Shown in pieces: positions 1-10,784 of a stretch of 64,000 bases of DNA. Positions within the stretch are counted from its first letter, which is position 1. The number at the start of each line of letters is the position of its first letter. The position numbers were made by a program, and so were the translations under genes. Under the pieces are notes generated by a model that had not been told where the DNA came from, did no database searches, and worked only from the letters and a program-made list of their open reading frames with translations. This DNA comes from Longimicrobiales bacterium. Lineage in GTDB: Bacteria > Gemmatimonadota > Gemmatimonadetes > Longimicrobiales > Gaopeijiaceae. The stretch spans positions 768,001-832,000 of the forward strand of contig CBDFIQ010000001.1 of NCBI GenBank assembly GCA_965248195.1. Reading direction: 5' to 3'.

Positions 1-610
1 CTGCCGCCCCGAGATCCGCTGCCGCGGATTCCAACATCGTGACAATGTCGGTAAACGCCTCACTCTTGGTCCGGAACGGCGTAGGCTCGCCCGTCGGATC
101 CGGATTCACGGTGGTCGGGATCCCGTTCGTGTCCCGTGTGTTGAGGGCCAGCAAGAGCTGCAACCCCATGAGGGTGTTGGCGATGCCGCGGATTCCCGCC
201 TTCTCGGCCGGCGCTAAGTCAGCGTCGGACAATTCTGCCACAGCCAGCAGCACGTTGGCGGCGCCTCGAACGGCACGGTACCGTGGCGTCCACTGGGCGC
301 CGCCAAACGCGGGACTCCCCCCGTCGAGTGGCCCGACGAGCATCTCGGTGCTGAATCCCGGGTCCGAACCGTCGAAGTTGTACGATTCACGCCCGATAAT
401 CCCGAGTGCGGATACGTATCCCGCCCGGGTTGCCATGCCCACTCGGGCGGAAATGAAGAGCCCCTGGGTTGCCGCGACTACCGACGACCGCGTTGGGTTC
501 TCCGAGAGCTGATCCAAGCCTGGGTTGTTCAGGTCCGGCACGAGCAGATCGTTACATGCCGTCAGGGCGGCCAGAGCCAGTACCATCGATAAACGTCGAA
601 GGACTTTCAT
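1..610 (-). CDS. RagB/SusD-family outer-membrane lipoprotein (partial; runs off the window start)
   Basis: Hand translation MKVLRRLSMVLALAALTAC (lipobox) NDLLVPDLNNP...GRESYNFD; directly downstream of a SusC-like gene. Confidence 0.85.
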   Translation of the reverse strand, partial: MKVLRRLSMVLALAALTACNDLLVPDLNNPGLDQLSENPTRSSVVAATQGLFISARVGMATRAGYVSALGIIGRESYNFDGSDPGFSTEMLVGPLDGGSPAFGGAQWTPRYRAVRGAANVLLAVAELSDADLAPAEKAGIRGIANTLMGLQLLLALNTRDTNGIPTTVNPDPTGEPTPFRTKSEAFTDIVTMLESAAADLGAA

Positions 611-636
611 CCGTATCATCTCCTGGATCGTCTTGA

Positions 637-3609
637 TCAGAACCCCACGTCGATTCCGAACCAGAAGCTTCGGCTCGGCGGGAACGGAGCGACATCGATG
701 TTCCGTCCGCTTGGTTGGTTACCAAAGTTGCTGACTTCGGGGTCGATACCGCTGTAATCGGTAAAGGTCAGGAGGTTGCGCCCGCTAAGCGTGAGGCTGA
801 CGCGGTCCAGGGATCCCCAAATGGACGCTACCAGACCCGAACTGAGCTGATAGGAAAGTGTGATTTCCCGCAATTTGACGTACGAGGCGTCTTCGACATA
901 AATCCCCGTCTCTTGCCCAGCACCGAACGGTCCCATGGCGTTTCGCTCCGGACCCGTCAGACCTTGGAAATCCTGGTCAGCGAAGCCTTTCCAGTTGCTT
1001 CCCAGGTCGTACAGCAGCTTGGTGAGGTTCATGATATCACCACCCTGCTGCCAGTCCAGGTGGAAGTAGAGGCCAAAGCTGTTATAGGTGAGATCGTTGG
1101 TGAACGACACGTTGTAATCGGGATTCACGTCGCCCACGACGCCCTCGATCGGACTGCCCGCTCCGTCCACGCCGACATTGCCGACCATCTGAGTGGGGGA
1201 CATCCCCTCTTCGATTCTGACTGTGCCCAGGCTCACCCGGAAGCCGCCGTTGGTCGGGAGGAAGGAGGGCACGTCGAGCTGCGTGACCTTACTGCGATTC
1301 AGGAAGAAGCTGGTCCGGAAGAGCCAGTTGACATTTTCCGACTGTACGGGAGTAACTCCCAAGCCGACCTCGATACCGCGAGTTCGGAGCTTGCCCCCGT
1401 TGAAAACTTCCTCCCCAAATCCTGACGACGGCGCCAGCCGCCGTCTCACGATCAGATCGCTGATGTTCTTCTGATACAAGCTGAACTCGAGGCTCGCGAG
1501 TCCCTCAAAGAGCGTCGCGTCGAAACCACCCTCGATCTCCTTCTGGCGCTCTGGCTTGAGAGTAGGCGATCCCACCACCGCGTCGAGATTACTCGTCGGA
1601 ATCACTGTGCCGGCGATTCCCCCGATTACGTTGACGGCCGACAGCGGAGTGAACCTGTCCCCGTAGAGCGGCAGGTTGCCGGCCTCTCCGTATGCCACCC
1701 GGAATTTGAGGTCGTTCAGGATCCGCCAAGACCCTGCAACTTTCGGGAAGTAGTAGAGCTCGGTGGGATCAGCGTTTACGCTGCTCTGGTCGGCACGGAT
1801 ACTCGCGGACAGAAAGAGCCGGTCGTCGTACGCCAGCACCTCTTCCTGCAGAAAGAAGCCGAGGTTCTCGACCCGCGTTCGCTCCTGTCTGACGTTGACG
1901 TTCGATCCAGCGGAGACGTTGGGCTGTCCCGCGGTGAGGCCTCTGCTCTCGATCCGGCTGACGTCGAGATCCGTGGTCTCGTACTGCACGCCTGCCGAGG
2001 TCGTGAACGTGGTGTTGCCGCCGCTCAGGTCATACGTGTGCACGGCGCTCGCGTTCAGGTTCGCGTTGAGGTTGTCGCTGTTGCTCAGCAGAGACGTCCC
2101 AAGAAAGCCGTCGTCGTCCTCGAATTGGAGCTCCGGCGGAAAGAACAGCCTGTTCTTCTGCTGGAAATAGTCCACGCCGGCCAATCCCAAGAGCGTCAGA
2201 CTCTGAGAGGCCCCGTCCAATACGTTCCAATCGACCTGTCCCGACGCTAGGACCCGCCAAACGTCCTCGTCGTTCTCCATCTGTGCTAGGGTCGCTACGG
2301 GATTGCTACGCTCGAACGGATTGACGGGGAAGGACCCGTCTGCCTGCTGCGCGAGATCCACGACGTTGTAGGTGAACGCCCATACCATGTACGGGCTCAC
2401 GCCAAGGTTGTCGTTGTTGGTTAGGCCACGCCGCGCGTTGGTGTGGACCAGATTGGTGCTGACACTCGCCGAGACCCGCTCACCGAATACCTGATCGAGG
2501 TTTAGGCGCAGGGACTGCTTGGCGAATCCGGTGTTGTCCATGATCCCCTCGTCGTCCTGCCACAGCCCCGAAATGAAGTAGCGCGTGTCAGCGGACCCAC
2601 CGCTCACGTCGAAGGCCGTTTCGTGGGAGAGGGCGTTCCGGCCTGCCACCGCCTCTTCGAGATCGAAGCTCACTCCCGGCTGAAACCCAACGGACGCCGC
2701 GGTACCGGCGCCTGCAAGGGCGTCGAGATCGGCAGCCGTCGCGATCGTGGCGAAGCCCAGTTTGTTGGAGATATCGAAGACGCCGAACCGCTGACGGACG
2801 CTGAGCCTTGGTGCGCCGGCGGTTCCACGCCTCGTCGTGACGATGATCACGCCGTTCGAGGCCTTCGAGCCATAGATGGCCGACGCGGATGCACCCTTGA
2901 GGACCTCGATGCTCTCGATGTCCTCAGGATTCAGGTCCACGATCCGGTTGACTTGACCGTCCTGGAAGAGAGACGGATTGTTTCCAGTGGATGCACCGGT
3001 CACGACGTTCTGATTGGAGGGGATCGCAACGTCGCTAGCGACTATGCCATCGATCACCCATAGCGGAGACGCCGTGGCGTTGATGGATGTAACCCCCCTC
3101 ATCCGCACCTGCGCACCGCCCCCCGGAGCACCCGAGTTCGTTTGAATGTACGCACCGACCACCTTGCCCTGCAGGGCGTGCTCGATGCTCTGCGAGGTTA
3201 CTTGCCGCACGTCGTCGCCTTGAACCGACGCAACCGCGTTGGCGAGGTTGCGGCGAGACACGTTGGTGACCAATCCGGTCACGACCACCTCATCCACCAG
3301 GAGTGCATCGACATCGAGAGAAATTACCACATTGTTTTGGCCTGCCGGAACGGGGATCGCCGAGACCCTGAACCCGATCCTCTGCACCGTGAGCACAACG
3401 TCACCGACCGGCACGGCAACACTGAAGGACCCGTCTTGTCCGGCGAACGTCTCGGTCAGTGAACCCACCACAGAGATATTGGCTGCCCCGATCCCGGCGC
3501 CGGTTGTCGCTTCAACCACACGGCCCGTCAGCACCCGGGTCTGAGACTCGAGGCTCGTGGCGCCAAGTGTGGCCAGCGCGGTACAAAATAGAACAAGTTT
3601 AAATCTCAT
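637..3609 (-). CDS. SusC/RagA-family TonB-dependent outer-membrane transporter
   Basis: Signal peptide; plug motif NPEDIESIEVLKGASASAIYGSKASNGVIIVTT; EDASYVKLREITLSY; C-terminal Phe. Start taken at MRFKLV. Confidence 0.95.
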   Translation of the reverse strand: MRFKLVLFCTALATLGATSLESQTRVLTGRVVEATTGAGIGAANISVVGSLTETFAGQDGSFSVAVPVGDVVLTVQRIGFRVSAIPVPAGQNNVVISLDVDALLVDEVVVTGLVTNVSRRNLANAVASVQGDDVRQVTSQSIEHALQGKVVGAYIQTNSGAPGGGAQVRMRGVTSINATASPLWVIDGIVASDVAIPSNQNVVTGASTGNNPSLFQDGQVNRIVDLNPEDIESIEVLKGASASAIYGSKASNGVIIVTTRRGTAGAPRLSVRQRFGVFDISNKLGFATIATAADLDALAGAGTAASVGFQPGVSFDLEEAVAGRNALSHETAFDVSGGSADTRYFISGLWQDDEGIMDNTGFAKQSLRLNLDQVFGERVSASVSTNLVHTNARRGLTNNDNLGVSPYMVWAFTYNVVDLAQQADGSFPVNPFERSNPVATLAQMENDEDVWRVLASGQVDWNVLDGASQSLTLLGLAGVDYFQQKNRLFFPPELQFEDDDGFLGTSLLSNSDNLNANLNASAVHTYDLSGGNTTFTTSAGVQYETTDLDVSRIESRGLTAGQPNVSAGSNVNVRQERTRVENLGFFLQEEVLAYDDRLFLSASIRADQSSVNADPTELYYFPKVAGSWRILNDLKFRVAYGEAGNLPLYGDRFTPLSAVNVIGGIAGTVIPTSNLDAVVGSPTLKPERQKEIEGGFDATLFEGLASLEFSLYQKNISDLIVRRRLAPSSGFGEEVFNGGKLRTRGIEVGLGVTPVQSENVNWLFRTSFFLNRSKVTQLDVPSFLPTNGGFRVSLGTVRIEEGMSPTQMVGNVGVDGAGSPIEGVVGDVNPDYNVSFTNDLTYNSFGLYFHLDWQQGGDIMNLTKLLYDLGSNWKGFADQDFQGLTGPERNAMGPFGAGQETGIYVEDASYVKLREITLSYQLSSGLVASIWGSLDRVSLTLSGRNLLTFTDYSGIDPEVSNFGNQPSGRNIDVAPFPPSRSFWFGIDVGF

Positions 3610-3766
3610 CGTCCTAACCCTCCGTGGGAGTTTGACGGCGCCAAGAAAATGGCGGCGTCGGCCGGCAGTGTCCCGTCGCGGCCAATCGAAAGATGTGGAA
3701 ACCGTACACAAGTCGGTAGTGGCTTCGCGTCCTTTACCTCGTGCCTCTTCTAGGGATTCTTGGGGC

Positions 3767-4333
3767 TCACCATCGATACAGACGATCTCGATCTCGGCGA
3801 TTGAGAGGAGGCTTCGCGACCTCATCCTCCGACGCGTCCAGGCCCACCGGCCGGGGCAGCGGGGGGCCGAATATGGCCCGGAAGATCATGGACGGGATGC
3901 AGATGTCCATCGCGCTTACCAGAATAGCCACCCCGGCCAGCGTAAATCCCAGAACATAGGCGACAGTCGTCAACGACGACTCGAACGCCCCCACAGTTAC
4001 GATCAGCCACAGCGCGCCAATTCCGCACGCGAATCGATTGGGGGGGCCCCGCTTGGGAAGAGGTGGCGTCCCGGTCGCGTAACGGATCCCATGATTATAG
4101 ATCAGGTCGAACGGATGGACGGGAAAAACCGCCGCAAGAAACGCGATCCCGGCGAGTGTCAGCAAGAGGGTCGTTGAGGCAAGCGCCGTGCCGACGATCG
4201 CCAAGGTCGCGCAAAGGCCGAACGCCAGACGCAACCACGGTGCCACTTGGGCTAGGAGGTCCTCGTCCACCGTGTCGAATCCCTGAACATCGAGACGACA
4301 AAGGCGCTTCGGTCCCAAAGTACTCACAGCCAC
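3767..4333 (-). CDS. DUF4395-like membrane protein
   Basis: Hydrophobic helices, PPNRFACGIG and DICIPS motifs. Confidence 0.7.
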   Translation of the reverse strand: MAVSTLGPKRLCRLDVQGFDTVDEDLLAQVAPWLRLAFGLCATLAIVGTALASTTLLLTLAGIAFLAAVFPVHPFDLIYNHGIRYATGTPPLPKRGPPNRFACGIGALWLIVTVGAFESSLTTVAYVLGFTLAGVAILVSAMDICIPSMIFRAIFGPPLPRPVGLDASEDEVAKPPLNRRDRDRLYRW

Positions 4334-4779
4334 CGCCGTACTCGGCTCTTATACCGGTCATAGTCAGCGCCGAACGTCTGACTCAAGGCGGCCTCCTCCC
4401 TCTCGATGAACCTCCGGGAAAGCAGCCAAGCCAGTGCCGGAGGCACGAAGAAGGTAAGGAGTGTTCCCAAACCGAACGCCGTGCCGAGCTGGATCACGAT
4501 CATTGCGAGATACATCGGGTTCCGGCTCACCCGAAATACGCCACCCGTGACCAGGGCTGAAGGCTGATCGAAAGGCTTGATCGCGGTCTCCGCTTTCTTG
4601 AACTGAAGGGCGCCTGCCACTACCACTCCTAGTCCAACTGCGATGGCTATGATGCCCAACGGAGCCCAAGCCTCAGGGATTACCCGGGCTACGGGTAGTG
4701 TTATGTGAAGCCCCCACTGAAGCAATAGCCCGCCCAGAAAGAAAACCGGTGGGAGCGGCCCGCTCTTCACTCCAGTCAT
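4324..4779 (-). CDS. Isoprenylcysteine carboxylmethyltransferase/PEMT family protein
   Basis: LVTGGVFRVSRNPMYL, EEAAL...FGADY..YKSRVRRWL. Confidence 0.9.
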   Translation of the reverse strand: MTGVKSGPLPPVFFLGGLLLQWGLHITLPVARVIPEAWAPLGIIAIAVGLGVVVAGALQFKKAETAIKPFDQPSALVTGGVFRVSRNPMYLAMIVIQLGTAFGLGTLLTFFVPPALAWLLSRRFIEREEAALSQTFGADYDRYKSRVRRWL

Positions 4780-5109
4780 GATCCTCGCACGCTCCCTCCT
4801 AAAGGCGCTCCCATGGGGCCGAAGTCCGGCTGACAGTTCGCGATTGACCTCCGCCCGCTTCGCGGTGCTCGGTCGTCTCCGGCACGCGATGCGTGCCTCC
4901 GGCTCTGGTACGCGACCAAGCTGCCGACCCGGAGCCCGAGCTGCAAGCGAATGCCCCGGGCCTCCACACTCCTATTCCGTCGGCCGCGATCGCTCGTTTC
5001 GCTCGCAATCGTTGCATCGCAACCTGCTCACGAGTAGCATTCTGCGTCGGCCGGAAGGCGGTTCACCAGTTGGAGGCCGCCACGATACCTGCTTCATGAG
5101 GAGGAGAAT

Positions 5110-6042
5110 GTGAGATTGGTGGGGCTTGCTTGCGTGGGCGCGTTGGTAGTGCTGGTGGCGGTTGCGGCGTTCCGTTTGCAGGCCGGGACCGAAGATCCCT
5201 CCGCGCTCGCCCCCCCCGACCCCTCCGCCCCGGCTCTGGTCGCGGGGCTGCTGCCCGCACCCGCGATGGGACCGATCCGCGCCGACGAGCAGGGAGGGAC
5301 GGAGCCTGCCGAGGCAATCGAGTCACAGGAACGCACGCGGGAGACCGTCACTCCCCCCGCCCGCCGCAGAAGAAACTTCCGGCGTCGGAGCCGCAACCGT
5401 TACCCAGGGCCCATCCCCACGCCCGCCGACTGGAAGCCGCCCGAAGGACCGGTGCGTATCGCGCTGCAGGCAGGCCACTGGAGAGCGAACGAGGCGCCCC
5501 GGGAGCTCCGCGGCCTGCGGAACAACGGGACCAGCTGGAGAGGGACGGCCGAGTGGGAGGTAAACTTGGAGATCGTTCGGCGCGCCGGCACGATGCTCGA
5601 GGGGATGGGTTACGAAGTCGACATCCTACCTGCGGTCGTTCCTCCGAGTTACCGGGCCCATCTCTTCATTTCAATTCATGCAGACGGGAGTAACGACCCC
5701 AACGCCTCCGGGTATCGCGTCGCGGCGCCGCGGCGAGACGCCACCGGCCGGGCGTCGCAAGTCGCGGCGCTGCTGGAGCGAAGCTACGGGGAGACGACAG
5801 GCATTAAACGCCTGCCGGCGGCCACTCGCCGCATGCGGAACTACTACGCGTTCAACTTCCGCCGGTACGAGCACGCCCTCCATCCCATGACGATTGCGGT
5901 GATCCTCGAGACGGGCTTCCTCACGAGCCAGAGTGATCGCCAGGTGCTCGTGCACGATCCGGAGCGCGCCGCACGCGGAATCGTCGATGCGGTGATGGCG
6001 TTCCCTGAGACACCGCCTCCGCGGGTCACCGACGACTCGTAG
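5110..6042 (+). CDS. N-acetylmuramoyl-L-alanine amidase (Amidase_3)
   Basis: IALQAGH, EWEVN, FISIHADG, VILETGFLT motifs; N-terminal anchor. Confidence 0.85.
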   Translation: MRLVGLACVGALVVLVAVAAFRLQAGTEDPSALAPPDPSAPALVAGLLPAPAMGPIRADEQGGTEPAEAIESQERTRETVTPPARRRRNFRRRSRNRYPGPIPTPADWKPPEGPVRIALQAGHWRANEAPRELRGLRNNGTSWRGTAEWEVNLEIVRRAGTMLEGMGYEVDILPAVVPPSYRAHLFISIHADGSNDPNASGYRVAAPRRDATGRASQVAALLERSYGETTGIKRLPAATRRMRNYYAFNFRRYEHALHPMTIAVILETGFLTSQSDRQVLVHDPERAARGIVDAVMAFPETPPPRVTDDS

Positions 6043-6055
6043 GGCCTCATCGCCA

Positions 6056-6658
6056 CTACGCCGAATCCGCCCCATCGCCGCCTTGTCGAAGCCGGCCCAG
6101 GACTGCTTCCCCACGCGGCGACAGCCGGTAGCCTACCTTGAGGCTCTCGGTGAGGCCGAGGGCCTTGAGCTTCCGGATCTTGGCTTTGAACCGGGCCTTA
6201 TCCATCCTGCAATCCTGAGCCAGGCCAGCGGCGCGCTCGCCAGACCTCTCCCCGACAAGTGTCAGAACGCGACGGGTCCAGGGACCAGAGCCGCCGCGCG
6301 AGTCAAGGCGCGAGAGGCGCCCCAGGATCCCATCCACCTCCACCTCGTCAGGGATCGTTTCGCGTAGCGCAATGCGTGGATCGGGACCCGCCAGAGACAG
6401 GCGAACTCTGTAGAAGTCGCCATCCACCCGCTGTAACAACTGAGACTGGAGCGAGGCGAGACTCGAGAACCCAGCCGCGGCCGCCTCTTTTTCCGTGATC
6501 TCCTCGAGATTCACTACCTCGACGGTCTTAACCGCTAACTGGCCAATTGACGTGAGGAGCGTTCCGCCTGCCTTCACGGTGGGACGCCGCCACCTTCGAA
6601 ACGCCACCGTGATGGAGCCGCTTTCGATTCCGCTCAGAGTCTCCTGTTTCAGCAGCAT
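6056..6658 (-). CDS. ASCH-like domain plus winged-helix protein
   Basis: GSITVAFRRWRRPTVKAGGTL; FKAKIRKLKALGLTESLKVGYRLSPRG. Confidence 0.7.
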   Translation of the reverse strand: MLLKQETLSGIESGSITVAFRRWRRPTVKAGGTLLTSIGQLAVKTVEVVNLEEITEKEAAAAGFSSLASLQSQLLQRVDGDFYRVRLSLAGPDPRIALRETIPDEVEVDGILGRLSRLDSRGGSGPWTRRVLTLVGERSGERAAGLAQDCRMDKARFKAKIRKLKALGLTESLKVGYRLSPRGEAVLGRLRQGGDGADSA

Positions 6659-6673
6659 TTCAGAGCCAGAACA

Positions 6674-6761
6674 CCACACTAAATGTGAATCGGTCGCCCC
6701 AGGGCCGATGGCGCACCCACACTAAATGTGAATCGGCCGCCCCAGGGCCGATAGCGCACCC
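6674..6761. repeat. 43-bp tandem duplication of the lpdA 3' end (2 mismatches)
   Basis: CCACACTAAATGTGAATCGG(T/C)CGCCCCAGGGCCGAT(G/A)GCGCACCC starting at 6674 and 6717. Confidence 0.9.
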
Positions 6762-8125
6762 TCGGCGATGGCCTCCGACAGGGTGGGATGCGGGTGCATG
6801 GCGCGGTCCATCTCTTCGACGGTGGATTCGAGATGGCGCCCCACCACGAACTCCGCGATCAGCTCCGTGGCGTGGGGTCCTACGATGTGGGCCCCGAGGA
6901 TCTCGGAGTACTGGGCGCCGCGAATGACCTTTACAAAACCCTCCGTGTGGCCGCCGGCCAACGCACGACCGTTGCCCACCCAGGGAAACTTCCCGACGTC
7001 GATCTCGAACCCCTGTTCCTTGGCCTCCTCCTCCGTAAGTCCGACCGATGCTACCTCGGGACTACAATACGTGCAGTTCGGAACGTTTTGATAGTCCACC
7101 GCGCCATTCGCATGACCGGCGATGGCCTCGACGCAGACCACCCCTTCGTGCATGGCTTTGTGGGCCAGTAACTGGTTGCCGGCGCAGTCGCCGATGGCGT
7201 AGACGCCCGCGGCGCTGGTCCGCATGTATTCGTCCACCACGAAGAAGCTTCGATCGTCGAGCTCGACCCCAGCGGCGTCCAGGCCCAGGTCCTCCGTGTT
7301 CGGTACCCGTCCCACGGCTGACAAGGCGTGCTGGACTTTCAGAATCTGCTGTTCGCCCTTCTTGTCCTTGAAGTTGATCTTGACGGACCGCTTCAGAACG
7401 TCCGCGCCCTCCACGACCGCCCCAGTGTGGAAATCGACGCCGCGCTTCTTGAAGCTCCGCTCAACCGCGGCTGACGAGTCGGCGTCCTCGAGCGGCAGGA
7501 TGCGGTCCAAGGCTTCAATGACCGTCACCTTCGTGCCGTAGGCGTTATAGACGTCAGCGAACTCCATGCCGACCGCACCGGCTCCCACCACCGCCAGCGT
7601 CTCCGGTGCTTCGACGCGAAAAAGGGCCCCGGTGGAGGACCAGATGCGGTCCTCATCGATCGGTAGGACCCCGATGTCTCTCGGCCGGGACCCAGTCGCC
7701 AGAATGACGTGCCCGGCGGTGTATGTCTGCATGCTCCCGTCCGTAGCCTCGACCTCTACGCCACCCCCACCCAACAGGCGGCCACGTCCCTCGATGTGGG
7801 TGACCTTGTTCTTCTTGAAGAGGTGGCCCACGCCCTTCGCCAGTTGTTCCGCGATCGCCTGGCTGCGCTCCTGGGCCGGCCCGAGGTCGACGTTCGCCTC
7901 GGAAAACGTGATTCCATGCGCTCCCGCCGTCTTCATTTCAGCCACCAGGGCGGCGCTGGTCAGAAGCGCCTTGGTGGGAATACACCCGATGTTGAGACAA
8001 ACACCACCGAGCTTGTCAGCTTCGACGCAAGCCACGTTCAATCCGAGTTGGGCTCCACGGATGGCCGCAACGTAGCCTCCGGGGCCTCCACCTATGATAA
8101 GTACGTCGAAGTTGTTTTCTGGCAC
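6722..8125 (-). CDS. lpdA: Dihydrolipoyl dehydrogenase (E3)
   Basis: GGGPGGY, GGVCLNIGCIPTK, HPHPTLSE; GTG start after GAGG. Confidence 0.97.
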   Translation of the reverse strand: MPENNFDVLIIGGGPGGYVAAIRGAQLGLNVACVEADKLGGVCLNIGCIPTKALLTSAALVAEMKTAGAHGITFSEANVDLGPAQERSQAIAEQLAKGVGHLFKKNKVTHIEGRGRLLGGGGVEVEATDGSMQTYTAGHVILATGSRPRDIGVLPIDEDRIWSSTGALFRVEAPETLAVVGAGAVGMEFADVYNAYGTKVTVIEALDRILPLEDADSSAAVERSFKKRGVDFHTGAVVEGADVLKRSVKINFKDKKGEQQILKVQHALSAVGRVPNTEDLGLDAAGVELDDRSFFVVDEYMRTSAAGVYAIGDCAGNQLLAHKAMHEGVVCVEAIAGHANGAVDYQNVPNCTYCSPEVASVGLTEEEAKEQGFEIDVGKFPWVGNGRALAGGHTEGFVKVIRGAQYSEILGAHIVGPHATELIAEFVVGRHLESTVEEMDRAMHPHPTLSEAIAEGALSALGRPIHI

Positions 8126-8333
8126 GGCTTTACCTCTTTCGGAAGCAATCCGATCGCCAAAGGGCAAGCGGGTCGGGTGGAGAGTGGAATGCCCACTCTT
8201 CGGCGCACAGGGCTCGGCACCGGGAGTGGTCCCCGGAAGTTAATGCGAATTTCATTTACTTCGAGAGGGGCATGGGCCTATTGTGGTCCGTAGGGCTAGC
8301 CATTCCGTTTTTCCGGCTCAGTCGGAGGTTCAC

Positions 8334-8891
8334 ATGTGGGGATTACTTGCGGTTGCCGCGCTTTTTATAGGTGGAATTGCTCTCTATAACGGGCTTGTAA
8401 AACTGAGGGAACAGGCGGATGCGGCATGGGCGGACATCGACGTCCAGCTCAAGCGTCGCCATGATCTGATCCCCAACGTGGTTGAGACCGTAAAGGGTTA
8501 TGCGGCTCATGAGCATCAGACCCTCGAGGCCGTGGTGGCGGCGCGATCTTCGGCGATGTCGGCCCAGAGCCCGGCTGAAAAGGGTCAGGCCGAGGGCATG
8601 CTCGGCGGAGCGCTCAAATCGCTGTTCGCCCTCGCCGAGGCCTACCCGGATCTCAAGGCGGCCGACGGCTTTCGCGATCTCCAGGGAACGCTCACCGAAT
8701 TGGAGGATTCGATCCAGAACGCTCGGCGGTACTACAACGCGGTCGTTCGAGATTTCAACACCAGGATTCACCAGGTGCCGTCGAACCTGATCGCGAACAG
8801 TTTCAACTTTCGTGAACGGGAATTCTTCGAGGTACCAGAGGGTGAAAAGGCCGTACCCAACGTGAGCTTTAGCGACGGCACAGCCGGCTGA
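8334..8891 (+). CDS. lemA: LemA family protein
   Basis: AWADIDVQLKRRHDLIPN, AEAYPDLKA, ARRYYNAVV. Confidence 0.95.
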   Translation: MWGLLAVAALFIGGIALYNGLVKLREQADAAWADIDVQLKRRHDLIPNVVETVKGYAAHEHQTLEAVVAARSSAMSAQSPAEKGQAEGMLGGALKSLFALAEAYPDLKAADGFRDLQGTLTELEDSIQNARRYYNAVVRDFNTRIHQVPSNLIANSFNFREREFFEVPEGEKAVPNVSFSDGTAG

Positions 8892-8936
8892 CCCTCCTCT
8901 GCTGACGCCCCCTTTCCTCAGGGAGGTCTCCGGGCG

Positions 8937-10719
8937 ATGACGGGACGATGCCGCAGCCCCCTTGGTCTGGTATTCGCGTTACTCCTCCTCGGTAACCCCT
9001 CTTCCGCCACACCGGTCGCGGGCCAAAACAAGGCACTCGCGATCGAACAATTCGACGCCGAGATCGATGTCTTGCCGAGCGGTCGAATTCACGTCAGCGA
9101 GGCCATTCGATTCCGTTTCACGGGGTCCTGGGAAGGGGTGTTTCGCGATATTCCGGTTCGTTATGAGACTCTCCAGGGATTCAACTACCACCTGGATCTC
9201 AACGTAAACTCCGTTTTGGACGAGGGCGGCCAGCCCCTCGAATATGAGGAGAGCCGGGAGGGACAGTACAAGAGGGTCAAAATCTGGGTGCCCAGCGCTA
9301 CCGACGAGGCGCGGACGCTGCATATCGAATATTCCGTCGAGAATGCCCTACGCTTTATCGATCCGGAGGACAGTGACTTCGAGGCCGGCCATGACGAGTT
9401 CTATTGGAACGTCACGGGTGATGAGTGGGAGCCCCATTCAGGCCGCGACCGCCCGCATCGTGGTACCTCCTGACGTCACGGGTCTCGCGGCGCGGGTCTA
9501 CACGGGTCCCGTCGGCTCGAGCACCACCAGTAACGCCACGGCTACGGAATTAGAATCAGGATTCTATTTTGTGACGACGGAGCCGCTGGGGGCGCGGGAA
9601 GGCATGACCATTTCGATGGCGTGGGCCCCCGGCGTCATCGCGCGCCCCACGTCTTACGTCACGATCGTGCGCTTCTTTCGTTCGAATTGGATTTTCCTCG
9701 TACCCGTGGTGACCTTGATCCTGATGTATCGTCTCTGGAACGTTCGGGGCCGCGATCCGTCGCGTCTGGCCGTCAATCCGCAATACGAGCCGCCCGATGG
9801 AATGACCCCGGCTGAGATTGGCACCCTGATCGACAACAGCCCCGACCTATGTGACATCACTGCCTCCATCGTAGACCTCGCCGTCCGGGGGTATCTGAAG
9901 ATCGTGGAGCGAGAGCAAAAGGGCCTGGCAGGGTGGCTGAACGGGAACACCTACTCCTTCGAGCTGCTCAAGGAGTCTGAGGAGTGGTCGGAGCTGACTT
10001 CCCACGAGCGGGAGCTCATGAGCGGGCTGTTCGAGGGAGGGCTCCGCAAGATCGTGGATCTCGACGACCTGGAGCACGAGTTCTACAAACACATGACGGC
10101 CATCAAGGACGGCATATTCAACCGACTCCTACAGCTCGGTTACTATCACCACCGCCCGGACCAGGTCCGGAGCGCCTACCTGGGCGGCGGTATCGCGACC
10201 ACGGTGTTCTTGCTGGTCGGATTGGGGTTTTTGGGAGAGAGCTTCGAGGCCTTCTACTTTCCGCTGGGCGCGGGAATTCTCGCCGCCGTCCTCACCGCCA
10301 TTCCGATCATCGGGTTCGGAATGGTCATGCCGGCCCGGACCGTAAAGGGTGCCCGCCAGTTGGAGCACGTCCTCGGTTTCCAGGAGTTTCTCGACCGCGT
10401 CGAAGCGGATCACTTCCGGCGCATGATCGATTCACCCGAAATGTTCGAGCGGTACCTTCCCCACGCCATGGCGCTACAGGTGGAAAAGAAGTGGGCTCGA
10501 GCCTTCGAGGACTTGTATAAGAAACCTCCCGATTGGTACTCCGGTCCGCCTGGGCGGCGATTCAGGCCGACGATATTCGTAACGGACCTGGGAGGCATGT
10601 CCCACCGGGTCGGTAGCGCGATGAGCTCGCAGCCACGAAGCAGCGGAGGTTCGGGCTTCAGCGGGGGCGGGGGTTCCAGCGGAGGTGGTTTCGGGGGCGG
10701 TGGGGGGGGAGGGTTCTAA
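8937..10719 (+). pseudogene. DUF2207-family membrane protein with a frameshift near 9432
   Basis: ORF 8937-9473 ends YWNVTGDEWE and ORF 9244-10719 continues PIQAATARI to the Gly-rich tail GGGFGGGGGGGF; follows lemA as is usual. Confidence 0.8.
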
Positions 10720-10784
10720 GAGGGACCCTACCTGCGACGTCCAGTCGAGCCGCCGGCCGGCTGTGGGCCGGTGCTGGCCCTTGA

